Shown here: positions 20,166 to 29,382 of the stretch, piece by piece
Position numbering within the stretch: position 1 is the stretch's first letter
Layout of the letters: every line of letters starts with the position of its first letter
Source of the DNA: Candidatus Poribacteria bacterium
GTDB taxonomy: Bacteria > Poribacteria > WGA-4E > GCA-2687025
Assembly (NCBI GenBank): GCA_963665845.2
Contig: OY762492.1
Location: 2,784,001 to 2,848,000, forward strand
DNA length: 64,000 nucleotides
Reading direction: 5' to 3'
The notes under the pieces: model-generated
What the model was told of the DNA's origin: nothing
The model's database searches: none
What the model saw: only the letters and a program-made list of their open reading frames with translations
Program-made: the position numbers and the translations under genes

Positions 20166-22082
20166 TTATTTTAGCCGTTCAATGCGCGCTTTGATCCAGT
20201 CCGCCAGCTCTTCGTCGTCCATACGAGCGGCGTTTGGAAATTCGCGGCGGAGCCAGAGTCTCTGCGCCGCGCTCGATTCGGCGGCAGAGAGCGTTTCCTG
20301 GGCGGCGCCCCGCCCCTTCTCCATATCGCCCAGCTCTTCATAGAGGCGGCTCAACAGCAGCCGAGCGGCTGCCATGCGCGGCGATCTTGGACGATCCGCC
20401 AAAAACTGCGTCAACAGCTGAACGCCGACGCGCGGGTCCGCCGTCCGCTCAATTTGAATGCGCGCCATCGAAAACGCGGCATGGTCGGCGGGCGATTCCT
20501 CATACCCGCCGGGCAGAAAGGTCGGCTGCTGCGGCGCTTTCTGCGCGCTCTCAAACGCCTCCCGCGCCTGCGCATACTGCCCCTGACGGCGGTAGATTTC
20601 CCCGACGAAACAGTACGCCTCCGCCGTCTCAACCGACAGCGGCGCCTGCTCAATCAAACGAAGCGCGGCGTCCAAAGCCGACTGGATGTCCTCCATTCGC
20701 CCCATATAGATCGCGACGATGCTCAGCATCGCCTGATTTGACCATGGGCGCGCATGGTCGCCGGACTCCGCCGCCGCATGGTACAGATCCAGCGCTTTTT
20801 GATCCTCCTGAAGATGCTCATACAGCTTTGCCGCCCGTATCTGCGCCCTTGCTCTCGCGGCGGGGTTGTCGCTGTTTAATGCCAGGCGCATATGCGCATC
20901 GATCTCTGTCAAGGCGCGGAATCTCGGCAGCAGCTCCATCGCGCGGACGCTCTCCTCCGTCTGACGAAGGCTTGCGGACGCCTGGCGAAGCTGCTGCAGC
21001 GCCTCCCCATACTCTCGGTTGTCCGCCATCTGCAGCGCCCGGGCGACGGTCGCTTCCATCGGCGCGCGTTCCATCGTCGTCAACTTGCGCTCAATCTTCG
21101 CCGTCAGCTCCTCAATGCCGGCGTTTCTTGCTGCAAACGCGATGTCGTTCAGGTCGACAGGAACGTCGGCGTACAGCCCTGTATCCAGAAAAAGCCTATA
21201 GTAGACCGCCGCCTGATCCATCTGCCCCAGCCGCTCATGGCAGACGGCGCGCAGATACGCCGCTTCTGGACGCTTCACAAAGGTGGGGCGTTCGTCCAGC
21301 AGTTTGGACAGCGCCGCCAGCGCTCGAATCGGTTCGTTCTGCGCGAGATAGATGCGCCCCAGCTGAAACAGCGCCGCCGTGTCGAACCAACTCGCCGGGT
21401 ATGTTGCGGCGACCCGTTCAAACGCCTCCCGCGCCTTCTGATAACGTCCGCCGCGCAGATGAATTCGCGCCACGCGGTAGAGCGACTCCGGCGCCCGTTC
21501 ATGATTCGGATAGGTCTCGATGAACGCGGTATGCTGTTCCGCCGCCGTTTTCGGGCAGTTCAGCTCCTCGTACAATTCCGCGATGATAAAGGTGTATGCG
21601 GCGCGTTCGCTCATCGTCTGCGCCCGTTCGATCTCGGCGCGGTAGTGGCGCAGCGCCTGCAGCTCCAGGATGCGCTCTTTCGCCTGCGAATAGTACGGGC
21701 TGTTGCGTACCGCCGTCTCCGCCAGCAGGTCGTATTCCTGTTTTGCCCGGTCGAAATCGCCTGTTTTGGTGAACATCTCCGCTTTGTTCAGCTGCGCTTG
21801 GAGCGCGTCGGTGGAGCGCGGCGACTCGGAGCGCTCTATGATGGCGTCATACGTCTTGACCGCCGTTTTCGGCATGTTCAGTTCGGACGCGAGCTGCGCC
21901 TTTTGAAAAAGAAGCGAAATGCGCGTGTCGGGGTCAGATTCAAAACGCAGCTGCTCCTCAACCTGACGGTACGCCGCGCGGTAGTCCGGCGGGGAAGCGG
22001 CGGCAGAAACCGCCCACCCGACGCAGAACGCGAACAGAAAGATCGCCGCCTGCGCCGCTTGCCGCTTCGGTTGAAAGGTTAA
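20166..22082 (-). CDS. Secreted TPR-repeat (BamD/CpoB-like repeats) protein; start codon unclear
   Basis: Repeats such as FIETYPNHERAPESLY and RVAATYPAS..AALFQLG; signal-peptide-like segment begins at 22082 but no ATG/GTG/TTG is there. Confidence 0.7.
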   Translation of the reverse strand, partial: LTFQPKRQAAQAAIFLFAFCVGWAVSAAASPPDYRAAYRQVEEQLRFESDPDTRISLLFQKAQLASELNMPKTAVKTYDAIIERSESPRSTDALQAQLNKAEMFTKTGDFDRAKQEYDLLAETAVRNSPYYSQAKERILELQALRHYRAEIERAQTMSERAAYTFIIAELYEELNCPKTAAEQHTAFIETYPNHERAPESLYRVARIHLRGGRYQKAREAFERVAATYPASWFDTAALFQLGRIYLAQNEPIRALAALSKLLDERPTFVKRPEAAYLRAVCHERLGQMDQAAVYYRLFLDTGLYADVPVDLNDIAFAARNAGIEELTAKIERKLTTMERAPMEATVARALQMADNREYGEALQQLRQASASLRQTEESVRAMELLPRFRALTEIDAHMRLALNSDNPAARARAQIRAAKLYEHLQEDQKALDLYHAAAESGDHARPWSNQAMLSIVAIYMGRMEDIQSALDAALRLIEQAPLSVETAEAYCFVGEIYRRQGQYAQAREAFESAQKAPQQPTFLPGGYEESPADHAAFSMARIQIERTADPRVGVQLLTQFLADRPRSPRMAAARLLLSRLYEELGDMEKGRGAAQETLSAAESSAAQRLWLRREFPNAARMDDEELADWIKARIERLK

Positions 22083-22729
22083 GGCTGCTGCGAAGCCGGC
22101 AATAAAAATGTCGGCGCGCTTGAGGAAGCCTGTATGATCGACTCGCGCTCCTTCGCCGCGATCTGGGACGCCCAGAGATGCGGCTGCCCTGAAGCGGCAA
22201 TCTCCTCGTAAATCGGCAGCGCCTTCGCCGCGTCTCCCCTGCCATGCTGAATCAAGCGGGCGTTTTCGATATTGCGCTTCAGTTCCACCTGCAGATAACG
22301 TTCCTGCCGATTGACGCTCTCCTGCTGCGACCATGCATTCAATTCCGTTATGTCGGTTTCGTACGACCTGGTTCCATAAACAAACGCTGCAATGAGAGCC
22401 GCGGCCGCCGCGCACGCGCCGACCTTCAACCAAAGCGGCGTTTTGAAACGGCGCTGATTGCCCGATAGCTGATGGGGCGGTCGGCGCTCCGCTTGTACGC
22501 AGATGTCTTTCAGCGCCTCGTTCAGCTGCGGCAGCGCCTCCTCCAGCTCATTCGCCGGCAGCGCCTCCAGCATACGTCTGTCCAGCTCGCGGCGCCGCTC
22601 CTCCGCAAGACGCGCCAGTTCATCGTTCATCATGAGCGCCGCCTCTACCTGCCGACTCTCTTCCTCGTTCAACAAACCTTGAAGATACTGATCAATCAAA
22701 AACTCGCTATCGCCGCTTGGTTTGTCCAT
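22079..22729 (-). CDS. Putative membrane anti-sigma factor
   Basis: LIDQYLQGLLNEEESRQVEAAL anti-sigma N-terminus; one TM helix; directly downstream of the ECF sigma. Confidence 0.75.
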   Translation of the reverse strand: MDKPSGDSEFLIDQYLQGLLNEEESRQVEAALMMNDELARLAEERRRELDRRMLEALPANELEEALPQLNEALKDICVQAERRPPHQLSGNQRRFKTPLWLKVGACAAAAALIAAFVYGTRSYETDITELNAWSQQESVNRQERYLQVELKRNIENARLIQHGRGDAAKALPIYEEIAASGQPHLWASQIAAKERESIIQASSSAPTFLLPASQQP

Positions 22730-22765
22730 ACGGCCTCCTTTGAGAAACGCCCGTTTGAATGCGGC

Positions 22766-23404
22766 TTATATTTCGTTGCGGTCGCGCATCGGCTGCAGGA
22801 CTTTGCGCAGCTTGGCGAGCGCCCGAAAGAGATGCGCCTTTGCGGTGCCTTCCTTGACGCCCATCTTCTCCGCCGCCTCCCGCACCTTCAAACCGCCGAA
22901 ATGGTGCAGATTCACGATCTCGCGCTGACGCTTCGAAAGCGACGACATCGCATTCTGAATCAGCTCTCTGCGCTCGCGGGCGATCGCCATCGCCAACGGG
23001 TCGCTTGACGGACGGCTGCAAATCGGCTCCGGGACGCCTGAATCGGGATCGTCCAGCGACTCGGTGCGCCGCCGCGTCTGCGCGCGGTGATGATCAATGC
23101 ATAAGTTGCGCGTGATCGCATAAACCCAGGTGTACCATTTTGCGGTCGGCTTCCATCGCGGGAGCGCTTTATAGGCGCGTATAAACGCCTCCTGCGTGAT
23201 GTCCAGCGCGTCCTCGCGGTTCTTTGTCTGCTGATAAGCCAGCGCGTAAATCCGCGTTTGGTAACGCTTCACCAGAACGTCAAACGCGCGCGTGTCGCCT
23301 GACTGCGCAATCCGGACCAGATCGCGGTCCTCCGCTTGGTCTAAATCGACAACCTGTTTTTCTTCCGCCTTTGCTGTCAACGCCGCGGTGATGGAGCTGG
23401 ACAT
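22766..23404 (-). CDS. ECF-family RNA polymerase sigma factor
   Basis: DRDLVRIAQSGDTRAFDVLVKRYQ, DALDITQEAFIRAY, RNLCIDH, MGVKEGTAKAHLFRA. Confidence 0.95.
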   Translation of the reverse strand: MSSSITAALTAKAEEKQVVDLDQAEDRDLVRIAQSGDTRAFDVLVKRYQTRIYALAYQQTKNREDALDITQEAFIRAYKALPRWKPTAKWYTWVYAITRNLCIDHHRAQTRRRTESLDDPDSGVPEPICSRPSSDPLAMAIARERRELIQNAMSSLSKRQREIVNLHHFGGLKVREAAEKMGVKEGTAKAHLFRALAKLRKVLQPMRDRNEI

Positions 23405-23506
23405 GTTCAACCTCTCATGGAGCCGTTCTATGATCATCATAGCCTATAACGACGCGGCGCGGCAACCGGTTGACGCAAATATCCCTTTTTTACGGGATTC
23501 GGTCAA

Positions 23507-23652
23507 GATTCCCGCGCGTTTTACCGCAAGGGCGGGAAGGACGACGCGTGACGCGGCGCCTCTGGATTCCCGCTTGCGCGGGAATGACGAGGAGAGGGGC
23601 GGAAATGACGAGGAGAGGGGCGGAAATGACGAGGAGAGGGGCGGAAATGACG
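23507..23652. repeat. Family A palindromes (one long-loop variant) followed by 21-nt tandem repeats
   Basis: attcccgcttgcgcgggaatgac then (gaggagaggggcggaaatgac)x3; the long-loop variant recurs at 59373-59408. Confidence 0.85.
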
Positions 23653-23669
23653 ATGCGCGCCTCCCGTTT

Positions 23670-24146
23670 TTACTTGTCAAAACGTCTCAACTCCTCGTTC
23701 ATGGATCGGTTTTCCGCGCGCTTCTTGATGGCGTCGCGCTTGTCGTATTGCGCCTTGCCCGCGGCGAGCGCGATCTCCACCTTCACCAGACCGCGTTTGA
23801 GATAGACGCGCGTCGGAACGATGGTGCGCCCCTTCAGCGTCGTCTCCCGGTACAGCTTCGCAATCTCGCGCTTATGCAGCAGCAGGCGGCGCGGGCGCTC
23901 CGGCTCATGGTTGAAATGCGTCGCCGCGCCGTACGGGCTGATATGCATCTTCATGAGGTCTGCTTGCCCGTTGCGAATGAGCGCATAACTGTCGGTCAGG
24001 TTCACCTTGCCCTCCCGTATCGACTTCACCTCCGAGCCGAGGAGCGAGATGCCCGCCTCCAACCGGTCAGACAGATGGTATTCATACCGGGCCTTGCGGT
24101 TCACCGCGACAACCTTGACGCCCCCGCCGCCCTTTGCGTTACGCAT
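23670..24146 (-). CDS. smpB: SsrA-binding protein
   Basis: NRKARYEY, EAGISLLGSEVKSIR, NHEPERPRRLLLHKREI, GKAQYDKR. Confidence 0.98.
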   Translation of the reverse strand: MRNAKGGGGVKVVAVNRKARYEYHLSDRLEAGISLLGSEVKSIREGKVNLTDSYALIRNGQADLMKMHISPYGAATHFNHEPERPRRLLLHKREIAKLYRETTLKGRTIVPTRVYLKRGLVKVEIALAAGKAQYDKRDAIKKRAENRSMNEELRRFDK

Positions 24147-24147
24147 C

Positions 24148-25425
24148 TTATTCCGCGCCGTCCTTCAAAAACAGCTCCACAACAGGAACGGCAACATCCG
24201 GACGCTGCACAGGCAGATCCAACGTCAGCGTTCCTTCCTTGCCGCGTATCGTCATATACTGGGCGGCGGCGTTCGGGTCCAGCTGGCGGTATCCAAGCTC
24301 CGAGGCGTCGTTCAGCAGCTGCGCGTATTCAACCCGCCCCGACAATCCGTCCAGATGAACATGCTTGAAGGGCCAAGAATACAGATGAAGGTAGAGGCGG
24401 TTGCCGTTCTGCGTGTAGCGCGCGTCCGCCGGGGGCGTGAATCGGCTCGGTCCGCATCCGTAGATGGAGCGGCTGTGCGTACGCATCCAGGCGCCGATGT
24501 CCCGCAGGCGTTCCACGGCGCGCGGCTCAAATTCGCCCCTGCCGTTCGGTCCGACATTCAACAGCATGTTCCCGTCCTTTGAGACGGCGTCGATGAGCAT
24601 CTGTATCAGCATGTCGGACGACTTCCAGTCCAGGTTGTCGCGGTGATAACCCCAGCTGCCGTTCAGCGTTTGACACGCCTCCCAAACGACAGGCTTGCCG
24701 TCCACCGTCATGCCTTCGCTGGGCTGGTACTGTTCAGGCGTTGTTAGGTCGCCGCCGATCTCCAGGCGGTCGTTCACCAGGATATGCGGCTGAAGTTCGC
24801 GCGTCATCGCCAAAAGCCGTTCCGAGTCCCACTCCTCTTTGCCTTTGCCCTTCGCCCAGCCCCAGTCGGCATGCGAATAGGAGTAGTCGAACCACATGAT
24901 GTCGACGCGCCCAAAATTGGTCAGCAGCTCGCGCGACTGGTTGTGCAGATATTCGCGGTAGACGGCGATGTCCCGCCCCTTCTGCGCCTCGCGGAACTCC
25001 ACATTGCCGCGCATCGGATGCAGCCCGTCGATCGGATACTGCGGATGATGCCAGTCGATGAGCGAATGGTAAAAGCCCGTCTTCAAACCCTCCGCCTTGA
25101 ACGCCTCCGCCATCGGCGCGATCAGATCTTTTCCATGCGGAGTGTTGGTCGACTTGTAGTCGGTGAATTCCGAATCCCAGAGGCAGAATCCGTCATGGTG
25201 CTTTGTCGTGACGACAAAGTATTTCATGCCCGCGTTTTTCGCTTCCGCCGCCCAGACCTTCGGATCGTACAGGTCGGGGTCGAATCGGTCGAAATATTTC
25301 CGGTAGTTTTCAACGCTGATCTGCTCCCTGTTCATCACCCACTCATGCCGCGCCGCCAGCGAGTAAATGCCCCAGTGAATGAACAGCCCGAATCGGTCAT
25401 GCGTGAACCATGCCGTGTCCGGCAT
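24148..25425 (-). CDS. Alpha-L-fucosidase (GH29)
   Basis: WF...RFGLFIHWGIYS, TTKHHDGFCLW, MWFD nucleophile motif, GNMLLNVGP. Confidence 0.96.
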   Translation of the reverse strand: MPDTAWFTHDRFGLFIHWGIYSLAARHEWVMNREQISVENYRKYFDRFDPDLYDPKVWAAEAKNAGMKYFVVTTKHHDGFCLWDSEFTDYKSTNTPHGKDLIAPMAEAFKAEGLKTGFYHSLIDWHHPQYPIDGLHPMRGNVEFREAQKGRDIAVYREYLHNQSRELLTNFGRVDIMWFDYSYSHADWGWAKGKGKEEWDSERLLAMTRELQPHILVNDRLEIGGDLTTPEQYQPSEGMTVDGKPVVWEACQTLNGSWGYHRDNLDWKSSDMLIQMLIDAVSKDGNMLLNVGPNGRGEFEPRAVERLRDIGAWMRTHSRSIYGCGPSRFTPPADARYTQNGNRLYLHLYSWPFKHVHLDGLSGRVEYAQLLNDASELGYRQLDPNAAAQYMTIRGKEGTLTLDLPVQRPDVAVPVVELFLKDGAE

Positions 25426-25442
25426 CTCGTTCTCCTTTCAAA

Positions 25443-26198
25443 TTATGCGGCGCCGACGAGGTGATTCCACATCTCGCGGCGCAAACGTCGCTCCTTGTAA
25501 TGGTCCGACTGCCCGTTGATCGTCGCCCTTCCGCCTAAGACGGCCATCGCTTGGGCGGCGCCGGCGGGGTCATGGTTCCAGTTGGGGCGGGTCGGTTCGC
25601 TCGCTCTGTTGAAGAGAAATTTGAGCATATACCGCGTTTTGTTTCCGCAGTTTCGCGTCGCGGCATGCCAGATGTCGTAATGGACGATGGCGACCGTCCC
25701 CGCCTCGCACACAAGATCAACCTGATCGCGGAAGTTCGCATAGGACGCCATGCGGTCCGTCGGCGCGTTTCTAAAATGCGTCCCCGGCACCAGCGAGGTG
25801 GGACCCAGCTCATGCGGCGTGTCCTGCGGATAATAGAACCCAAGACAGACGCGCACCTGATGATGCCGCTGATTCACCCCGTCCTGATGCCAGCCCTGGC
25901 TGCGCGACCCCGGCGGATTCACATGGCAATGGCGGTGTCCGCTCATCGTGAAATCGCCGCCCAAGAGGCTCGCCAACGCCCCCTTCACGACAGGATGATC
26001 CCAGACATCATGCAGCTTGGGGACGCGCTCCAGGATCGCGTCGCCGGGGTTGCCTTGGGAGGTGGCGGCGGCGCATTCTTCATAAACCTGATCATTGAAC
26101 CCGTCTGGAAAATCGGGCTTGAAGACCAGATAACCGCGCACCACAAACTCCGCCACCTGCGCGTCGGTCAAGAGATGGTTCTGATACTCTTCAGCCAT
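25443..26198 (-). CDS. Phytanoyl-CoA dioxygenase (PhyH) family 2OG-Fe(II) oxygenase
   Basis: WHQDG, LVPGTH, IWHA...R facial triad. Confidence 0.88.
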   Translation of the reverse strand: MAEEYQNHLLTDAQVAEFVVRGYLVFKPDFPDGFNDQVYEECAAATSQGNPGDAILERVPKLHDVWDHPVVKGALASLLGGDFTMSGHRHCHVNPPGSRSQGWHQDGVNQRHHQVRVCLGFYYPQDTPHELGPTSLVPGTHFRNAPTDRMASYANFRDQVDLVCEAGTVAIVHYDIWHAATRNCGNKTRYMLKFLFNRASEPTRPNWNHDPAGAAQAMAVLGGRATINGQSDHYKERRLRREMWNHLVGAA

Positions 26199-26619
26199 CG
26201 TACTCCTCCATCTTCTGCAGTGTGAATTCGTAACCGAGCAGATCGATCTCCGTGTCGTCGAACGGGGCGCGCTGGTCAGGAAAATGGATGATCTGCCAGC
26301 CGTCGATGACCGCGTCCTTCACCGTCCGATAGGGCCATTCCCGCTCCGTCGGCTCAATCTGGACATGGTCGCCTTTCACCGGCTCATGGAGAGCCATCGC
26401 CAGCGTCTGCGATTGAATGTTCGGCGTCGCCGCGTGAAGATACAGCAGCCGTTGCCGCTTCTGTCTTGGTCGAGACGCCAGCTCTGTCAGCGCGTCTATG
26501 TCCGTTTCCGTCAGGCTGCCTTCGCGCAGTTTCGCCTTCGCCTCCTCCGCCCATTGGATAACATCTTCTTTCAAAGCGCCCATGCTCGTTTCTCCTGTGG
26601 AAGCGCGCTCAACCTTCAC
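26191..26619 (-). CDS. Hypothetical protein
   Basis: Overlaps both neighbours in an operon; WPY.TV.DA..DGWQIIHFP...YEFTLQKME segment. Start is 26619 or 26583. Confidence 0.7.
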   Translation of the reverse strand: MKVERASTGETSMGALKEDVIQWAEEAKAKLREGSLTETDIDALTELASRPRQKRQRLLYLHAATPNIQSQTLAMALHEPVKGDHVQIEPTEREWPYRTVKDAVIDGWQIIHFPDQRAPFDDTEIDLLGYEFTLQKMEEYDG

Positions 26620-27041
26620 CCTGCGGCAAGAATTTCAGCGACCGCTTTAAAACCGCGGCGGAACACGTCGTTGGCAATCAGGTCGACCGTCTCCGCTTCG
26701 TCGCCTGTCGCGTCAAAATCCGCCGTCCAGTGAATGACGGAGCCGGCGCCGTTCTCATCCTCATAGACGCTCAAGGTTGCCGTGTAATTTTCAACCGGCA
26801 TGACGCCGCCGGTGATCGCGTAGGTGTAGGTTCGGCGGGAATTGCTGAACTCGTCCAGCCGCTCAATGACATGTCCGCCGTCATGCAGCTCCAGGTCTCG
26901 TATGATGTCGTTGCCGTCCTCAATCGCCTCGCTCTTTGCGACGGCTGGATGCCAGCTCGGCAGGCAATGGTAACCGCCGACGATTCCCCATACCGCGTCC
27001 GCGGGGGCGTCCAGTTTCATGCTTACAGCCACTTTTGCCAT
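26616..27041 (-). CDS. SRPBCC (polyketide cyclase/START-like) protein
   Basis: APADAVWGIVG...LPSWHP, ERL...YTYAI..G.MPVENY.AT; RBS agagga. Confidence 0.88.
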   Translation of the reverse strand: MAKVAVSMKLDAPADAVWGIVGGYHCLPSWHPAVAKSEAIEDGNDIIRDLELHDGGHVIERLDEFSNSRRTYTYAITGGVMPVENYTATLSVYEDENGAGSVIHWTADFDATGDEAETVDLIANDVFRRGFKAVAEILAAG

Positions 27042-27292
27042 TCGGTTCCTCTCTGTGGATAGGCTCCGTTCCATGCGTGTCGTCTGTTTATGATGGCACA
27101 TTTCGGCTTGCGCCGCAAGGCGCCGATCGCCCCCTGTAAGAAACGCTGCGCCTCCCCATCCTGGCAATCTTTTCAATCCTGAAAATCCTAGTTCAGACGG
27201 ACGCCTTGACCGCCGCCCCCGCTTCTGCAATGCGCAGCGGGATGCGGTAACATACGTTATCAGAGAGGCGTTCCTTAAACGAGAAAGGGCGG

Positions 27293-27823
27293 ATGAGCAT
27301 GGCGCGATACGAAAACGATCCAAACCTCGCCGATGTGAAAACGGAACTCATCGGCAAAATCCACGAAGTGTCGAGCGGCGTAGCGAAAGTCGCCACGGAC
27401 CAGAAGCAGATCTTCAAGTACATTGACAAGACCAGAGCCGACCTCGTTGACCTCATTGACAAGGTCAAAAACGCGATGCTTGTGGAAATTGCGCAACTCG
27501 AAACCAAGGTGGAGTCGCTCGAAGCCGAAATGCTTGCGAGATTTGCGCAACTCGAAGCCGAGATGGCCGAAATGCTTGCGAGAATCGCACAACTCGAGAG
27601 CGAATTCGAGGCGTTCAAAACCGAGATGCGCGCCGAATTCGAGGCGTTCAAAACCGAGATGCGCGCCGAATTCGAGGCGTTCAAAACCGAGATGCGCGCC
27701 GAATTCGCCGCGTTCAAAGGCGAGGTGGTTGAGAGGTTTGACGGGGTTGAAGGCGCGCTTGTCTTGATCGCAGACGCGCTCAACATCGGAGACGCGGTAC
27801 GGACGCAACTAGCGCAACAGTAA
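27293..27823 (+). CDS. Coiled-coil protein with 11-residue tandem repeats
   Basis: EFEAFKTEMRA x3, encoded by exact 33-nt repeats at 27602-27700; AEMLARxAQLE x2. Confidence 0.75.
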   Translation: MSMARYENDPNLADVKTELIGKIHEVSSGVAKVATDQKQIFKYIDKTRADLVDLIDKVKNAMLVEIAQLETKVESLEAEMLARFAQLEAEMAEMLARIAQLESEFEAFKTEMRAEFEAFKTEMRAEFEAFKTEMRAEFAAFKGEVVERFDGVEGALVLIADALNIGDAVRTQLAQQ

Positions 27824-27897
27824 GCCGCGCCGGAATCCAGAGTTCAGCCAAAGACGGCCAACCCCGCGGAAACCCCCCCCATCCCCCCTTTTCAAGG

Positions 27898-28918
27898 GGC
27901 TATATTCCTAGATAGCCATTTGCTGTCGTTTCTCGCCGCCCTCTCCTTTCAGATCCGCAAAGGTGAGACGCTTGCCGACCATGCGCGGAATCAGTTTGCC
28001 GAGAGTGTCCAGGCTGTTGTCGATGCCAACATTGAAACGATACACGAATTCGCTGACATATAAACCCAGATGTTTAAACGACATGAAATGGTAAACGCCG
28101 CGGTACCCGCGTTTTAACACGGCCCAGAACGACTCGATGCTGTTGGTGTGAACATCGCCGCGAACATACTCGCCTTTCTGATGCTCCACAACCGCATGCG
28201 TGTATTCCAGCATGCCCCTGTAGGTCGGAAGAGCGTCGGTAAAAATGGACGATCCGCGCGCCACATTCGCCCTTACAGCGTCATGCAGCGTTTTCTTTTT
28301 CATATTGTCCAGCAGAAACGCGCGGATCTCGCCGTTCCTTTGACGCATGCCCATCACGGGCTGTTTGCCCCCGGTTCCGCTTCCGACGCGCAGGCGCTTC
28401 TTCTTATGCTTGTTTTTCTCCTGGTTCCGCCGATGTAGGTCTCGTCCATCTCCACGATGCCGCTTAGCATTTCGTCGTCGCTCACCATTGCGGCTCGAAT
28501 GCGGTGGCCTAGGGACCATGCCGTCTTCTGCGTCGTTCCGATCTTTTTTGCCATCTCAACGCTGGAGATGCCCATGCGCGAGGTATGCATCAGGTAAATC
28601 GCTAGGACCCACTTGCGCAGCGCTAACCTGCTCTCCGCCATCAAGGTTTCGGTCCGGACGCTAAAATGCTTGCGGCAGGTTCGGCAGCGAAACGGCATCG
28701 GTTTCGCATTTTGGACGCGCATCGTGTTTTTGGAGCCGCATTTGGGACAGCATCTGCCGTCTGGCCAGCGATGCTGCTCAAAGAACCGCGCGGCTGCTTT
28801 CTCGTTTGGAATCTGCTCGAATAAATCGTAAAGGCTGCTAAACTGCATCGGATCGCTCCTTGTGCCATGACTAGCATGTATACTAGCGCGAAACGCGAGG
28901 TTAGTTAAGTAAATAGCC
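27898..28918 (-). mobile_element. IS1595-family insertion sequence with frameshifted transposase
   Basis: Zn ribbon RWPDGRCCPKCGS...FRCRTCRKHFSVRT; DDE motifs EMDETYIGG, IFTD, HTNSIESFW, EFVYRFN. Imperfect TIRs ggctatattcctagatagcc / ggctatttacttaactaacc (14/20). Frames 28354..28848 and 27908..28519 are joined by removing 2 nt near 28423. Confidence 0.92.
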
Positions 28919-29120
28919 CCCTTGAAAAGGGGGGCTAGGGGGGTTTAAAGACGGGCGCGTTGACGTCTGATTCCCCCCTTGAAAGGGGGGCTAGGGGGGT
29001 TTAAAGACGGGCGCGTTGACGTCTGATTCCCCCCTTGAAAAGGGGGGCTAGGGGGGTTTCCACGGGCGCGTTGACGTCTGATTCCCCCTTGAAAAGGGGG
29101 GCTAGGGGGGTTTCCACGGG
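28917..29120. repeat. Tandem array of family B palindromes, four units of about 55-58 bp
   Basis: ccccttgaaaagggggg-ctagggggg...cgggcgcgttgacgtctgattc repeated. Confidence 0.9.
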
Positions 29121-29139
29121 CGCCGGTTGCGCTTAGATT

Positions 29140-29283
29140 TGAACTAAGATGGAAGGATGATGAAGATTGCCAAGAGCGCCGCTCACGGGAATTTTCTTGG
29201 CAATCTTTTCAATCTTGGCAATCCTAGTTCAGACGACAACCGCGGCGGCGATGCCTTAAGATTCCCGCTTACGCGGGAATGAC
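29140..29283. repeat. Family C 92-bp element followed by a family A palindrome
   Basis: tgaactaagat...atcctagttca termini (29140-29231) with internal gattgccaa/ttggcaatc 9-mers. Confidence 0.85.
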
Positions 29284-29382
29284 GACCCGCGGGGCAACAG
29301 GAGTCAACCTTTAGGGCGGTTGATACGTTTATATAAGCGGCATACAAGAAACGACGCGCTGCCGAGAGGCAAGAAAGGAATC

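Noticed and set aside
20234-22082. Long plus-strand ORFs (429 and 396 aa) and similar antisense ORFs across the window
   Set aside because: Arg/Pro-rich, motif-free and fully overlapping recognisable genes; expected in high-GC DNA.
23444-23669. tmRNA next to smpB
   Set aside because: No tRNA-like ends or tag frame seen; the gap is filled by family A and 21-nt repeats.
27193-27808. Two long minus-strand repeat ORFs
   Set aside because: Shadows of the plus-strand coiled-coil gene, which has the natural composition.
28380-28440. Programmed frameshift in the IS transposase
   Set aside because: IS1595 transposases are normally single ORFs; the break looks like a 2-nt insertion right after DETYIGG, so decay or error is more likely.
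28917-29120. Possible CRISPR array or G-quadruplex locus
   Set aside because: Linkers are identical and the unit is the dispersed family B palindrome; the G-runs are largely paired with C-runs in a hairpin.
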